Shown: positions 1-14,286 of the stretch, piece by piece | Numbering within the stretch: the stretch's first letter is position 1 | Layout of the letters: each line of letters begins with the position of its first letter | Origin: Calcarisporiella thermophila CBS 279.70 | Taxonomy: Eukaryota > Fungi > Calcarisporiellomycota | NCBI RefSeq assembly: GCF_041956535.1 | Contig: NW_027192198.1 | Location: forward strand, 760,811-824,810 | Length of the DNA stretch: 64,000 nucleotides | Reading direction: 5' to 3' | Translations under genes and position numbers: made by a program | Notes under the pieces: model-generated | Database searches by the model: none | Told to the model about the DNA's origin: nothing | Seen by the model: only the letters and a program-made list of their open reading frames with translations

Positions 1-3000
1 TCCAAGCATTCCATAGAGTTCGCCAGGTTTAGCTTCTTCTTTACATACAATGCAAGTTCCAGATGGGAATGGCCATACCACCTCTTCCGACTGCACTTCT
101 GAAGAGCCTTCTTCCGCAGAAGCTGCCGCTCCTGTGGCAGGAAAGTCGAGCGCGTCGTCCATGTATCCCTCTTCCTCATACAATTCCTCGTGCTTCTCCA
201 AAAAACTCTGCTGCGCCTTTGCAAATTGCTCCATGATCTTGGCCTGCCGCTCTTTGGCAGCTTGCTTTTTGCGCTCCTGCTCCGAGATATCTGTGGAGGT
301 GGGTTCTGCCGTCGTTTCAGCAGCTTCTGCGCGGGCCTTGTAAAAGTTGCCTAGCACTTGCTTAGCCAATGGGGGTCCAATCTCTTCCAATTGCTTAAGT
401 ATCCAATCGATTTTAGGGTGGATTTCTTTATAGGTCGCATCATTAACATAACGCAATAGTAGATTCAGGAGGCTCATCTGACCATATTGAGCCCCTTGCC
501 TGACCGGAAATTGTTCAAAAGTCGCATGGCGTACAAATCCGCCCATGCCATTTTCAGAGTTGGAGGGAATCCCATTCTCACCCCTACTGCTCTCCTCATC
601 CCCCTCGGGCTCTTTCCGCTTGCCTTTACGAGAGCGCCATTTTCGCGCTTCTTCGTTGTTTTCATCCAGGAGGGCGAGCACGCATAACTGAAGTGCTTCA
701 TCTACAAGTGTATCACTAGTAATTTTTTCATCGGTTATTGCGTTCCAGAGCGCGTAGAACACAATCTGTGTCATGGTCTTGGAGTGCATTGCGTTTCCAA
801 TATTAACAAACGGGCCGGACTCAACCTTAACAAGCTTGGGGAGCAGGAGAGGTGGGATATTTCTTGTGCCAGATTGCATCTTTTTCTTTTTTAACACTTC
901 TTCTGCTTCTTCACGATTATTGCGTGTATAATGTACAAAATAAACATTGACCTCGTCGTAATACTCATCTCGAAGCTCATAAAGTCCGTGATCAGACATT
1001 CCATCAGGCGCTTTGAAATTAGCGAGTTGTAGCAATATCTCATCAAATCGAGGATTCTCATTTAGGCGCTCGGGGATGCGACGTGTCAACTCCGAGTAGG
1101 CAATCGGAGACATGCAAAGCCCATGAATTATCTCACGTCTAATTTCCTCTTCAACGCCCATTCCCGTAGCCTTTGCCCGCTCACTCATACTGATAATGAG
1201 GAGGAGAAGGAGTTCTTCTGCCAGGAACAGAGTTTGAGTATGGTCGTAAAGATGGTGCTCCGTCTGGCCGCTGAACCATCCGACAAGATCGAAGCGATCA
1301 AGCAACGACACAAGAAGTATGTCTGGATCAACAAGAGCAAATGCCACCTGCAATAGATAAATATCCGTATCGTATGTGTTTTCTCGCAAAGATACGTCAC
1401 GGTAGTGGTGTGCCTGACTACGAATGCCATACCCATTGCGAACCCAGAGTGTTGATCGAATCTGAGCAAGCAATACCAATACTCGAATTGGATAATCTAT
1501 CACACTCAAAAACTTCTCGCGAACCCGCCGTTGCATTCTCTCTTCTGCATAACCAGTATTTATCTCGTCCCCACTGTCATCGGCCTCCTCACCCCAGCTA
1601 TCAAAGCTCATCACCATATTTTGGAAGCCGTCCCATCCAAGCTGACGTAGTTTTTCATCTTCCAATAAAGCCACATTTTCAAATAACTCGGCAAGGAACC
1701 AATGAAGCGGGTGGTGGAAAGAGACAGGTTGTGATGCAACACTGAATTTGACAACACGAAATGTTCCGGAATGTACTTTCACTGAATGGAATGAGCTAGC
1801 GGTGTGAGTGGAGGAAATCCAAGCATCCTCGTCGCGATTCACCCATTGCACAAGCTTGCGCAGCACTTTCCTTATTGCGAAACTGATCACTTGTGGATTT
1901 GTTGTGAAGCACTCCGAGAAATGACGACATGAGCGTGATAATTGTAAGGTCAGATTGAATGCATGCACCCAAGTTTCCGATTCGTACTCAACATGCTGAT
2001 CCGCAGCACGCACATTTGGGTTCATTCCCTGGAACAGAGCAAGCAAGTCGAGGTACTGGGAAAGATAGTGGCGGTTTCGCGGAATTGTATGCTTAACATT
2101 ATCAGTTGACACAAGATAGCGCAGATCGTGAAAGATGTGAAAGTAACGACAATTTTTGAATGCACGTGAATCACAGTTGATCTGCGCCTTCGAAGAGATC
2201 GGCCGGTAAACATTTGCGATGGAGGTGACATTATCTTTGGTGAAATACATCTGTAGGATTGCAAATACAGTTGACAGGAAGTTATATTCATTCACGAGCA
2301 TATATGCGATCGAGGGAACGGTAAAAAGCTGCACAGAAAAGAGCATGACGGAATGTTCCATTTCGCGATCGCGTAGTAAGAAGTGATTGGAAAGGGTGCC
2401 GTAGTTTCGTGCAAATCGAATGCCTTGGTATTGAAACAAAATGTATGAATATGATCGAATTGACATAATGTATGCCGCCATGCATCAGATATCCATATAT
2501 ATAACTTACCCATCACTTTCTTGTACTCTGGGCTCACTACTAGAGTTCCAATATACAGTTCGCGAAGCGCCCCACGTACCTCTTTCCAAAGTCTTAAATC
2601 ATGTACTAGTAGCCAGTCGATCTTCAGTGCACGTTTGGGATCTTCACAAACTCGCAGAGCTCTAACAGGCGCCTTAGCCTTGTCCCGTGTAGAGGTTCCA
2701 CCCATAACAGTGTCTCCATCATAATCTTCAGCCATTAATTCATCATAATCAGCGCCAATATCCTCTTCCACCAATTCCTCGTCCTCAAATTCATTCTCCA
2801 TCGTGTCCTCATAGTCGTCTTCATCTTCGTCTTCATCTTCTTCACCCGTTCCTTCTTCTATATCCTCCTTGAACTCTTCATCATCGTCCCGCGCCCATAA
2901 TTCTGGCCCCATCTCACCCACAGTGATCATACATGTGGAATCGGCGCTGTTCCATTCACGACAGAGCTCTTCACATAAAATTTGTCGGAATGCCTCTGCT

Positions 3001-4287
3001 GAGCCTGGTACATTCGAAAAGAATCGGTGTTTGCTACATGTAAGATCTCGCATCCACTCTATTAGCAGGCCAGACATCTGCTCGCGAAAAGTGTCACGGG
3101 CTGAACGAACAGTCACCGCAAGGCCAACAGAGGTTATCGTGTTGGCAATATGCACAAGACGACTAAGATCGCTGGACACCTCAACGATTTCACGGCCCTG
3201 TTGTATACACAGCCAGATTAATGAATAAACGAAGAAATCGTATGAATTTTTAAATAACTTTTACCCTTTTGTCTACATTTTCTGCGATTTTCCTGGCAAA
3301 ATCCCGCTGACAATTGGTTGCTTCCATAAGCTGGTCAATTACTTGCTCAAATGAATGATTTTCATCATTCCACAGCACACATGCATACATGACAGGTTCT
3401 GGCTCTGGCTCTCCAGAATTTTGTTCAATGAACAGACTCGCATCCCGTGCGTTCAAACGCGCGCCTTCTACCGTGCATTGCTGGGTCAAATCATCAGGTG
3501 AGCAAGTGAGCGTCTCAAGCACAAAGTCAAGAATAGTGGCAACGGTAGTACGGATGCAGTCAATGAAGCCAGGAGGAAGCACATGAAGCTTTGAGGGTTG
3601 AGGCTGTGCGGGGCCTGCGTTGCCAGTGGAGTTAAATGGAATACCCTCTTCCGGAGAGTGATATGCACAATACATAGGAACCTTCCACGCTTCAGGATCT
3701 CCACAGTCACAGCAACCACCTGTACCCCCGTTTATTGATATGACTGTATCGTGTCCTGTATGATCTGACGCGTAAAAACATCTCGAACAAAGAACACAGG
3801 TGTCATCGAGCGCACAATTCCTAAATAGATGAATTAGAAAATAAAATTGAAATTCGATTCCAGAGATTTATATTGGAAAATGTAATTTATATATAATTTT
3901 TGTAATCAAATACCTGCAACGATAGACGGCCTCACCCCTTCGGAACACATGTCCACATGCTTTTCCCTTTGCAGCGGGTGTGTATTCGGGTAGATTTTCA
4001 TCGTCCGCAGGCAGATCAAATTCTTGATCGATCTGATGTTGCTGCTGCAGGACACCATCGACCCCACCTGCGTCCTCAAATCCACTCGGGAACAGCAAAT
4101 GCATGTACTCATCGTGTTTGCCCCAAAGAGAAGTGTAGCATTCCAGGAGGATTTCGTGGCGCGCTGCTTGAGTGAAATTGTAGCTGTAACGATGGGGAGC
4201 GTGCCGCAGAAAATGAAAGAAATTATAGCGTAATTGCTCAATCGCTGAGGGAGATATGGTAAAAGATGTACTAACGGATTGCGACAT
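1..4287 (-). CDS. UBR1: N-end rule E3 ubiquitin ligase UBR1 (spliced; 3' end runs off the window start)
   Basis: UBR-box CGHVFRRGEAVYRC|..CALDDTCVLCSRCF..DHTGH across an intron (~3822-3912); ClpS-like LWNDENHSFEQVI; conserved DREMEHSVMLFSVQLFTVPSIA after intron ~2424-2508; ATG at 4287. Confidence 0.93.
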
Positions 4288-5088
4288 CAAAAATTGGCAG
4301 CACTAGATTTTCTCAACACGATTCAATATCCTGTTATCTTGTTCCACAGTGAGGCTAAAAATCATCACACTCGTGGTACGCCTAGTCTTAGTACGCTTGC
4401 TTCCTTTTAAATATTTAGGAAGTAGAGAAAATGTGAATCTCAAGTTGCCTGATATAACCTATTAACACCTTCCAGCTAGAGCAAGAAGAGATTTTGAAAG
4501 AAAACCGAGAACAAACTAGTTAAACAGTGCCAATAAAATAGACTATGCTAACAAAACCATACAGTCTTCCAATACTAAGCTAAGTAATATCAGAATCTCC
4601 TTGGTCTCTAAACTATTGCCCGGCCAATTCTATGTCCCCCTCTAATATATGGAAGTGATTTGCGTAATGTGAAAAAAAATTGCGGGAATGTAAAAAATGG
4701 AGAAAAAGGTAGTACGTCGCGCTGGCAGGCTGACGACAGAGTAGCATTGATTGGCTGAGAAACTGGCGTAGCAGTCACATCTCTTTTGTTCATCTTAACG
4801 TACATGAATTGTTATATTTATGTGAACTCTACGTAGAGCGAGTCAAAATTAAAAAATGACAAAAGCTTTATGAAAAATTTAGCAAAATAACAAGACATAT
4901 TTATTTTTTGAAGATACTACAAAGAAAAGAGAAAAGGAGAAAAAAGAGAGTAGAGAAAGCAATAAAAGTCGTATATATGTACAAAAGTATGTTACCATAT
5001 GTTCAAAAAAAAAATCAAATCATACTATTGTCTCCAACAGACAAATAATTTGTCACAACAATATTCATGTTCGATATCAGGTGCGTTT

Positions 5089-6626
5089 TCATGCAAATGA
5101 AAACATTGGGAATGAAATACCTTGGCCATTATGCTGAGGTTCGAGAGTGAGACGCTGATACGGCTTAGAATTTGGATCATAATAATAGCCTAAAAGCATT
5201 TCGAAGAGATTATTGATGGAGTGACATAAGCAATAGTTAACTTTTGGGCATACCCTCTATATTGCCATTGCTACGGTTCATGCAAATGTAATAGAACCCT
5301 GCAATGGTCAGAGACGAAGAGGCCGTATTGCTCACAAAGACACGCTCTATAATAGTAATAAGGAATATGAATGAGATGAATTGTATGGCAGATATGGGCA
5401 AATTTACCCTTCCACCGCATGAAAATGTAACCGCGGCTCACTCGGTGAAATCCTTCGACGGTTGAGAGGCACCGGCGTAGCTCCGATGCACTCAAACCAC
5501 GGAAAGGCTCGAACTTGGACCAATGGCGCTCGTCAATATCAAGTGTTGCATGCCACTTGCGAGTCCAAAATGTATTGTGCACAAAATCAATAATCTATTT
5601 CACATAGGATAGAGTTAATAATTTCAGGTTGAAGAGGATGCGGAAGAATAGGGTAATCAATTGCAGCCATACCTCTCCCTCCCAAAATGTAACAACAGCA
5701 CCCGAAATTGCAGGCACATTCAGTGCCTCCATTATGCCCTCCATCGAGCCCTTTGTGTAGTCTGCAGCCGTCACCATAACCCGAGTCTCCCAGTCTTCAC
5801 ACTCAGCTCCATGGCGAAATTGATTCATATGCTGATATCCAACAAAAATGACTTGCCCAGGTTGCAAAAAGGTAGACTTGCTCATATATGAGACATCTGC
5901 CCCAGTTGCTTCTTCTGGTATTTCCGGGTTCATTTTGTCCAAGTTGTATGCCATTTGTAAACGGCGGCGAGTATTCTCTGATAGATGGAGATTACTGAAT
6001 TCCTCGCCCTCGTTAGAAAGCCTGTCATCATTTTCGGCCCATTCAATTTCCTCGCGAAGTTGCTGAGGATCAATGGGTACGTCGGGTAATTGTTCCCAGT
6101 AACGCGATCCCCGCCTACGTGTCCACCCATTCGAATTATCTCTGCTACTTTCTATTTCTATTCCTTCCATAGCCACGCTTGTATCCTCTTCATCTATTTT
6201 TTCTTCCTCATCTTCCTCTCTCTCCACTGTCCCTCGCTCCCTCGGAGAAAGGGAGCGAGGCGGCGAAGGAGGTGAAGAGGATAAAGAATCTACTGCATAT
6301 TCAATTTGCTCAGCACGTCGCATTTCTATCGGCGCAAGCTCACTATAAAAACTTGAGCGCTGATTCATAACTCTCGGAGTTGCTAATATACTTGAAGATG
6401 TTTGAAAATGATGAGAAGACGAGCGGCGAGTTTGATGGAGAATGTGATGACGATGGTCACGTCGCTCTCTCAAGCGACTGACCATACGAAGATGATCAGC
6501 CCCAATAAGAGTGCGAGGCATGAGTATCGAAGGCGTACTACTGCTTGGGCTGGAACTGCTAGAGCTACTCGGGGGATCTTCGAGATCCTGTGAAAATTGC
6601 GATTTATCATCAATTACAAGCGGCAT
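5089..6626 (-). CDS. GID4: GID complex substrate receptor GID4/VID24 (Pro/N-degron recognin) with a long disordered N-terminus
   Basis: Spliced C-terminal domain FLQPGQ..F.G.Q..W..MEALNVP..VTFWEGE..D..HWSKF.PF..YIFMRWKE..LTIAGFYYICMNRS.G.IEGYYYD.NS.PYQRLTL. ATG at 6626 (MPLV), TGA at 5089. Confidence 0.88.
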
Positions 6627-6904
6627 TCTAAACAAAATGCAGTGCTTAATTCATTTAAAAAAATAGAAAAAACGCAACGAACTATGGCCAATAGAATGAG
6701 TAAAGATTTCTCTGAAAAGAGCTGGAGAAACAACTGGAATCACCGATTTTAAGGATTCTGTAAGAGAAATGGAAAAATAAGTATGTTAGAAGTGAGTAGA
6801 CCAATAAATTTATTGATTTATCCAAAACTAAGTAGTAGTGAATGAAAAGCCTCAACCTATAAAAATTTGGGCCATCATAGGATATTACAAAATAAATAAT
6901 GAAA

Positions 6905-8855
6905 TCAAAGTTGATGATATATACGACTGCAATTCCAAGGAGGAGGCTGCATTCGTTTTTTGATTCTTACTTTCTCACTGATACTATTGCTTTCCCCCTC
7001 GGTAAAGGCATATTTTCAGTAGGACGGAAAGGTGTGGTTGGATCGGCAAGGCGGAATTCATAACGCCTTAGGAAAACACTGCACAAGCTCTTAATTTCAT
7101 TAATTGCAAATCCTCGACCTGGACAAGCATGCTAAATAATGGATAATATATAATTGTAGGAAATGAGTTTTATGAAAGGGTAGCATGACTTACCGCTCCC
7201 ATACCAAATACCTAAAGTGTTAAAAGTATTGAGAAATATTTAGAGAATATTCCACACGCATTAAGTAAAGCCAAGGATTACCAAGAAATCTTCACCCGGC
7301 TTATTTGCTTGCTTTGAGGTTTCTACCCATCGCCACGGATTGAACTCTCGGTCATTATCCCCTGAAGTAAAATGTGCTGACAAAATATTCAAATAAATGT
7401 GGGTTCCCTTTGGAATATCGAACCCATTCTTTAGTTTTATGTCTGCCAAGGCTTTATGGGGGATAGCGAGTAAGGCATTTTGTTTACGCAGCGCCTCACG
7501 CACGAATGAATCGAGCTTGACCATCTTCTTTAAGGTGTCCTTGGAGATCCCGTTGTTGGACGAGAGAACCTCCTGCTGTTCAGTAATGAGCTCGGGACCG
7601 TAGACATCGTAAAACCGGGCCATAGTGTAGAATGTATAGCTACTATTGATGGATGTTGTGTGCACTTTGGCAATAATAAACACGTTAAAAAAATTACGCC
7701 ATAAATGTGATGGGAGTTCATTTTCTTACTTGATACAAAAATAATCGCATGAACTCCCTTGAGGATATTATGGATAAACGAATTATCGACAGGAATATAT
7801 TCAATCAGATCCTGCAACATATCGCACTATGTTTTCAATGGAGGGCAAAAATATCTAGTCAGAATCATGCCTACATATGCCTAATGTTCCACTTACGGGG
7901 CGCTCCCAGTTCGGATTTTCTCTTGCTTCTCGTACCCGACGCTCTATCTCGGGCTTTAATACCCGCTCTAGCACCCGTAAATGCTTCCCAGGCAAATCAT
8001 TATACCAATACATAATGCGCTCCAGCATCTTGTTATAACCAGCTCTAAATACCATGCCAAAGTCGGTGGTAATAGTTTTGAAGAGAGCCAGTAATTCTGG
8101 ATTTTGACACAGTTTCTCCCCAACTATTGCAGAGCTAGCAGCGACGATAATAATGTTGCGAATGGTTTCAAACCCATCTATGATCTTTTCACCCGAGAAG
8201 TCGTCCCCTATAAACTCAGTACAAGCTTCCTCAATCCGAAGGGCTACTCGAGACGTATAGACATCTAAGCTGGGATTGAGGAATTTTCTGACAAAGACCC
8301 CTAGATGACTGACATGCCGCTCTTTACCGGGGAACTGGATAAACTCTCGCATGACGGTAATCTATAATATCAAAGTTCGAGCAAGCTTAGTTCCAAAGTT
8401 CCTCCCGTCGTATAGCATTTTAGGTTTTTCTTGCTTCCTCTCGAGATTATCTGAAGTTGAGGTATACTTACGTCCTCCAATGCTTGTACGAAGCTAGCAT
8501 TTTTGTTCATCGTGATGAACGGGGAAAAGGATTTGTCGACCACTACAATCTCTCGCCCATCGAGTTGCATTCGAAATACAGGGCCATAGATAGCGGTGCA
8601 ACGATCAAGAAATTTCTGAGGCGCTTTGTTAAATTCTTTTTCATTTTCCGGGAAGGAGTCAGTTGAGACCAAAGGTGGGAGATTATACTATTCGAGAATA
8701 TGCTCAGATAAACGTTGAGTTAACAATGAGAAGATGGGATTAGATACTTTGCGGCTAGCACATGAAGGAATAAAAAAATATCCCAGGCCGATTATAGCGG
8801 CAGCGCTTAGCAGCACTGTGGTTAAGTCAGTACTCTTCGCAATGCTCACACTCAT
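6905..8855 (-). CDS. Cytochrome P450 monooxygenase (multi-exon)
   Basis: N-terminal TM anchor, YGPVF, spliced I-helix IIFVSMHTTS, ExxR (EALR), FNPWRW, heme motif FGMGAHACPG assembled from three exons. 3' end uncertain because of a possible last intron near 6968. Confidence 0.9.
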
Positions 8856-9756
8856 CTCAAGTGTTTAATTAGTTCAACTCGTTGAAACCCTGAAATTTGT
8901 CAGTTTTAAGTAACTCCTTAAATATTCAGGATCAGTGCCACAGAGGTGAGTTGCACATAGTCACGTTCCACTAACCCAAATGGGAAATATCTTGCTTGAA
9001 CTCTCAGCTGCAGAGTACTGATTTAGGAAGAGGCGCGCGACCTCTTAAGGTCCTTTATCTGGGGGCATGCCTATTACCAGCATGCTCCATCCTTCGATTA
9101 ATGCGCTATGGCCTCTTGCGCAGGCTTTGTCTCTCTTGAATACATCATGCTCACTAATGAAGGATCAACTGTTTAGCCGAGTAGTCAAGTTGCACAAACC
9201 ATCCTGTGAAAATCTGACCTGGTATCACATTGCGTATATATTCTCCGTTTGAAGCTGATACGTGGTTTGAGCGGTCGACTATTAACCAAGATGAAGTAGA
9301 AGGGTGCTCGTAATAGAGAACGTACCCATCACTAACTTTGGCCCAAAAAAAAAATCAGGGAGAGCCAAAAGAGCATTGTACTCTGATATGCAGCAGGGAT
9401 ATCTAAGATTTCAAGCTGTGTCGAACGCTAACCTCGATAGTATATTCATAACCTAATCTCAGTGCAGGAGTTATTCATTGCTTTTAACATATTTTACTAA
9501 AGGGGATTATTTATCCTATTATTCACATGGTAACCCAGCTTAAATAGCTCAAAGCTTTATAAAATTACAATCGACTTCTTTACATCTAGAAAATAGAGGG
9601 GAAAAAAGGCGCAATTAGGTAGTATAAGAAAGAGAAAGTAAATTTACAGTTGACGAAACAAACATAAGAAAAGAATTAGCTAGAATTAATGTCCTATTTC
9701 AAATTATTAACCAAGGATTAGAACAAAAACTATTTTTTAAGAGGTGAGATTAGCCT

Positions 9757-12047
9757 CTACTCGACTGGTGAATCCTCTCGTCGCCTTTTTAACACATCCT
9801 TTAGTTCGAACACCATTTTCTCGGTTTCTCTCCGCATTTCAGCCTGCTGATTCTCCGCTTCTCTGCGTGCCTTCATTTTGGCTATTCTCTCTTCACGGGT
9901 CAATTTAACACCGTCACTCAACCTCGACATGCAAGGTTCATCCGTCAAAGCCTCGTATACTTTTTCGCCTTCTCCTTCATCTTCCATGTATCTAAGAGGA
10001 TCTTCCGGCTGACTGCAGTCAAGTAACATTGTCTGACGACGCGAGTTATCGTCACAATCGCTGGTGGGTGGAGAGGGCATTAAACCATCCCCAATATCCA
10101 CGTCGCCGTTGGAAGCAGGATTGAGGTCGGAGTGTGCGGTAACGAAATCGAGAAGCGCCGTACGCCCAAGTTCCCATTCTTGCATTAACATCGATAGGTC
10201 TTGACCGATGGACACAAATTGATCTACAAGGCGGTCCCGCTCGTCTTGCAGAAGTACGTCATCATAAATGGATGTCGAATCAAGCGAGTCAGCGGAGAAT
10301 GTAGAGGTTGTGGGGGAGGAGGGGTGACTAGAAGTGCTGGATGAGAAAGGGGTGGAAGAGGCAAACTTGCGCGCATCATCTCCACATATGTATAATTTCG
10401 CGTGTATACCTCTCATGTGCTGCTCAATCATGGCCAAGCGGCGAAAGTAAGCCTGGAGCTTCTTGTCGGGTGTTTGAAGAACAGTCATATCGGACTGGGC
10501 CGAAGAGGAATGGATGCTAGAGTATGAATGGTATCGGGCGTCAAGTGCCTCAGTAATCTGATTGAATAATTCGTGTGTGTTCTCCGCAAGCACTTTGAGC
10601 TGCCACGTAGCCAATCGCCATGCCCTATTAATCTCAACTTCGTCCTGTGGACGCGGGGTCGCCATCGCGTTAAGGGCCAAAAAAGTGCATAGGCACTCGC
10701 GTCTCTTTCCATGCATCAATTGAAATACTCGTTTCAGATGATGGAGCGATAGAACATCACTTTCACTTGCACCGGCGTCTGTCGGTGCTGATAGTGTGGA
10801 CGCTTGGTCCATCTGAAGTTCGTTTATCTGTTTGAAATTCCTGTAATTTAGAATGCCTGGTGGTAGCGGATTTACATCGTACATGTCGTAAAGCCGGTAG
10901 AGGCTTCTTGAGTGGGTTGCGAGCTTTAGAGCATCGATACTGGATTGCAAGAAAGAGAATTGTTTATAAACAGCTTCTAGCACTGCTAACCGCAACATCA
11001 TACACCGGCGACCACGCGATGATTGTTCAATTCGAGTTACGGGTGACAAGGGTGTCGATCTAAGATATGGATCACACAGTTTATTCGAGCATTGTAGGAA
11101 AAAAAAAATAGTTTAACTTACAGTCGATACCCCCGGGAGACTAACTCGATCTCCTGAATAGTGATCAAACTCTTATTAATTTTAGAGTCGAGAGTCTGGC
11201 TCCTATTTACAAACATTCGCAACCATCTCAGCGTCTTATCTTGTGATTTTCTTCTATGTTTTCTTTTCTAATATAAAGTAATATAGTCATTCGTATCTGC
11301 TTATATATTTTACAAAATAACATAGTCGTTACCATCCAGCGATATAACCAGAAACAGCTTGCTGATCCCAGTGCACACGCAGTTGGAACCCATGTCCAAG
11401 GGTCAAAATGCTGAATATCTGCTCTGGATGATTCTATAGTCTCCTGCTCTCCGGTCGAGATCTCGGTTGACATTACCTTTGCCCAGGCAAAGACCCCTAT
11501 ACCCCCGCTCAGTAATAATAGCCCCAAATCTTCGCGAGAAAATTTGTACCCCGCAATACTCACGGACGTAGAAGAGCAAGTGTCAGGTATATAGGTAGAA
11601 GGGCGATGTAGTTTTTGCTCGTAAAAATGCACAGAGGCAGTATCGTTCAATAAATGCGACGAGCATATAAGATATTTGAATTCCTCTTCAAATTGCAAGA
11701 TTTCTCCCATCGGAAGTGAAGCTGAGAAAAACGACTACAGAGGAAGAGAAGTCAAATCAGATATGGATGGTCTTTAATCTAGTGAAGGAAGCATAAATAC
11801 TTTGATACCCGAGCGAACTCGTTCAAGCATCATTGTTGCTCTCTTTGCTAATGGGATATGGGGTGCGGATAAATTTTCGATACTGGGATCAGGTTGGCTT
11901 ATAACACTTTCATTGCTTTCAATTGCTGGAAGACAAAAAAAAGAAGAGGTGGGTATAGTTTTTAATCTGTTTTTTCTAGGGCATTTTTCCAGGCTTACAC
12001 TCCAGATAATCAGCTAGAGGGGTTTTCTCGTAAACTACAAAGTCCAT
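9757..12047 (-). CDS. Vezatin-family (myosin-binding) membrane protein
   Basis: Start MDFVVYEKTPLADYLE; FEEEFKYLICSSHLLND; two hydrophobic segments; TIQEIELVSRGYR..PLSPVTRIEQ; C-terminal coiled coil ending MVFELKDVL. Confidence 0.8.
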
Positions 12048-12422
12048 GCTCACACATTAGCACACTGGATTCCCTTTTTCAAATCTTTAGAAAATCGCTG
12101 GCGGAAATAGTTGGGTTCGATGGTTCAGTGTGATATATATAGATTACGATAAAAAACAACTTTGAACAACCGAAAAATTTTGCCTAATTCAGAGATAAAT
12201 CTTGGAAACTCACAGACATTGAGGCTGAGGAATTCCTCCTTGAAAGGAAAAAAAATTGCGATCAAGATTCATATACAAATAGTCTATTTTCCGTGAAATA
12301 CTGTATTATCATGTATAGTACACCGTTGACTTTTATGTTAGAATTACATCCAACCCCAAGAGTCAGAGGTCACCAACAAGCTATACCAATCGAAAATTTG
12401 CTCTCCAAAATATCCAAGCCTG

Positions 12423-13942
12423 TTAGTCAAAAAATATTAGAGGATCATCATCCTCCATCTCCATAAGATTCTCGAATAGTCTCATATGGCACGGAGAGGA
12501 TGGGTCAGAGAAATGTAGATACGGGTTCGCGAGTTTTGTTGAGATATGATGCCCACACAAATAGCAAAAATGGGTTTGGCACCTAGAACAGGTCATATGC
12601 TATTGGGGAAACCTATCTATCAGCAATTCTGCAAAAAGAAGGGGGCTCATTCTAAAGACAAAACTCACATTGCACCCATAACTCTTCTCGATATTCAAGC
12701 CACAGCTTGGGCATTGTGACGTGTTGTTGGATATCCAGTCTTCAGTCGCCTTTTGATTTTCTATATCTTCAACGAGTCGCAGCAGGTTGCTCCGTCCGTA
12801 GCGATATTCAAGTCTGCGTTTAGTCTCCTCGTTTCCACTCATATATTCCTGTACTATCTTGGTCGAGTTCGGCATCCTGCAATATTCGGATGTGCCATGC
12901 CAGACCCGTTGGCACATGCTATACGGGCATATCGTTAAAATGAAGTTTGAGTAATTGAGCAAAGGCAATAGAACTCACCGACAAAATGCAAACCCACATT
13001 TTGTGCAATAGCCCAATTTCTCTTGGTCAGTATCAGGAAAGACAGGTGCTTGGCACTCAATCCGTGGACAAAACGAAACAGTGGGATCCGCCTCCAAGCG
13101 CTGCTTATGCACTAGTCTAGTGTATCGATCTTCCATTTCAGCACCAACTATATCTCGCAGCTGGTCCGTCGCAATTTCTTTCTTATCTTCTTTGGGGCAG
13201 TCTGGACACTTCACAGATGTCACCATACCTTCTCGTATCAACATCGTAAAGTAGCCTTGAATACAGGTGCGACAGTAGACGTGGCCACAGGGTGCAAGGC
13301 GAACACAATCAATCCCTTTTTTAAAATCCATACAAATCCCGCAAGTGAATGTCTCATTCTCAAACACTGATTGGTGTGATATAAAGTTAAACGTTCGAAG
13401 AAGATCATAAAGAGTAGCTCCAGTATCCGCAATGGTAATCGAGGAACCAAGTCCAAGGAAGTCGAAAGTTCTATTTTGTATAAAATCCACCATGTCAAAC
13501 AACACCTACAGGTATAAAGAATGAGCTTTAGAAAATAACAGGGACCTAGGGAGCGGGTAAAAGTATATACCTCACTATGCTCTCCTTCCCAAGATTTCAT
13601 TAACCGTTTATACAAAAGTGCTAGCTGATCTTCGCTTAACCACACACATTCAAGCTTGATCTCCGGTGGCTTCTTAGAGGGGTATCCATGTGGCAACGAA
13701 AATCTCACCGTAACCGGAGGTAAGTAGCCAACCATGAGCTTTTCTTGGTCGGGAGACGGATCATTGGAATTAGTAAGGAACGTAATTGCGATCTCGGAAG
13801 GAAGTAGAACATCAACGGTGATTGTACCAGAGTAGCGCGGGAGTGTAGTGTTTTCTGAAGGAATTTTAACGACGGCAAATTGCTGTGGATATATACTCTG
13901 GAGTGCAAGGATTTCGTTGCTCTGTAATTCTTCTTCTTCCAT
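12423..13942 (-). CDS. ITT1: RWD-domain RBR E3 ubiquitin ligase (RNF14/ITT1 family)
   Basis: RWD domain (EILALQSIYP..LPHGYPSKKPP); RING1 CGIC..CGHVYCRTC..CPDC; IBR CPRIEC..CTKCGFAFC..WHG; RING2 CPSC..IEKSYGCNHMTCSRCQTHFCYLC. Confidence 0.9.
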
Positions 13943-14286
13943 ATTTTGAAGAGCAGAGGCAAACTGAATCTAATCTTCGAGGAAATTTTGCGTTTTCACA
14001 TCTAGTTCTGATTGGGCATTAATTTAATAGTAACTATAAACGCGTAAAAAAATAGGATAGCAGAATAAAAACCTAGTGGATACAACAAGCATTACACTCC
14101 AAAATCAAATTCTAATCGAAGCGAAAGCACCATAACGATTCTATCTTGTATACGACTTATTCACTTCCCAAGTTATTTTATCCTATTTATCACTTTTGCT
14201 AGCAAAATTCGCATTTAGAACGTTCTTACAAGACAGCAAATCAGATATATCACATTCCAAATAATGCTAAGAGGAAGGCAAGCAGA

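Noticed and set aside
7650-7690. Apparent abnormal P450 I-helix AKVHTT in the ORF track
   Set aside because: Artefact: intron 7665-7729 splices it to a normal IIFVSMHTTS.
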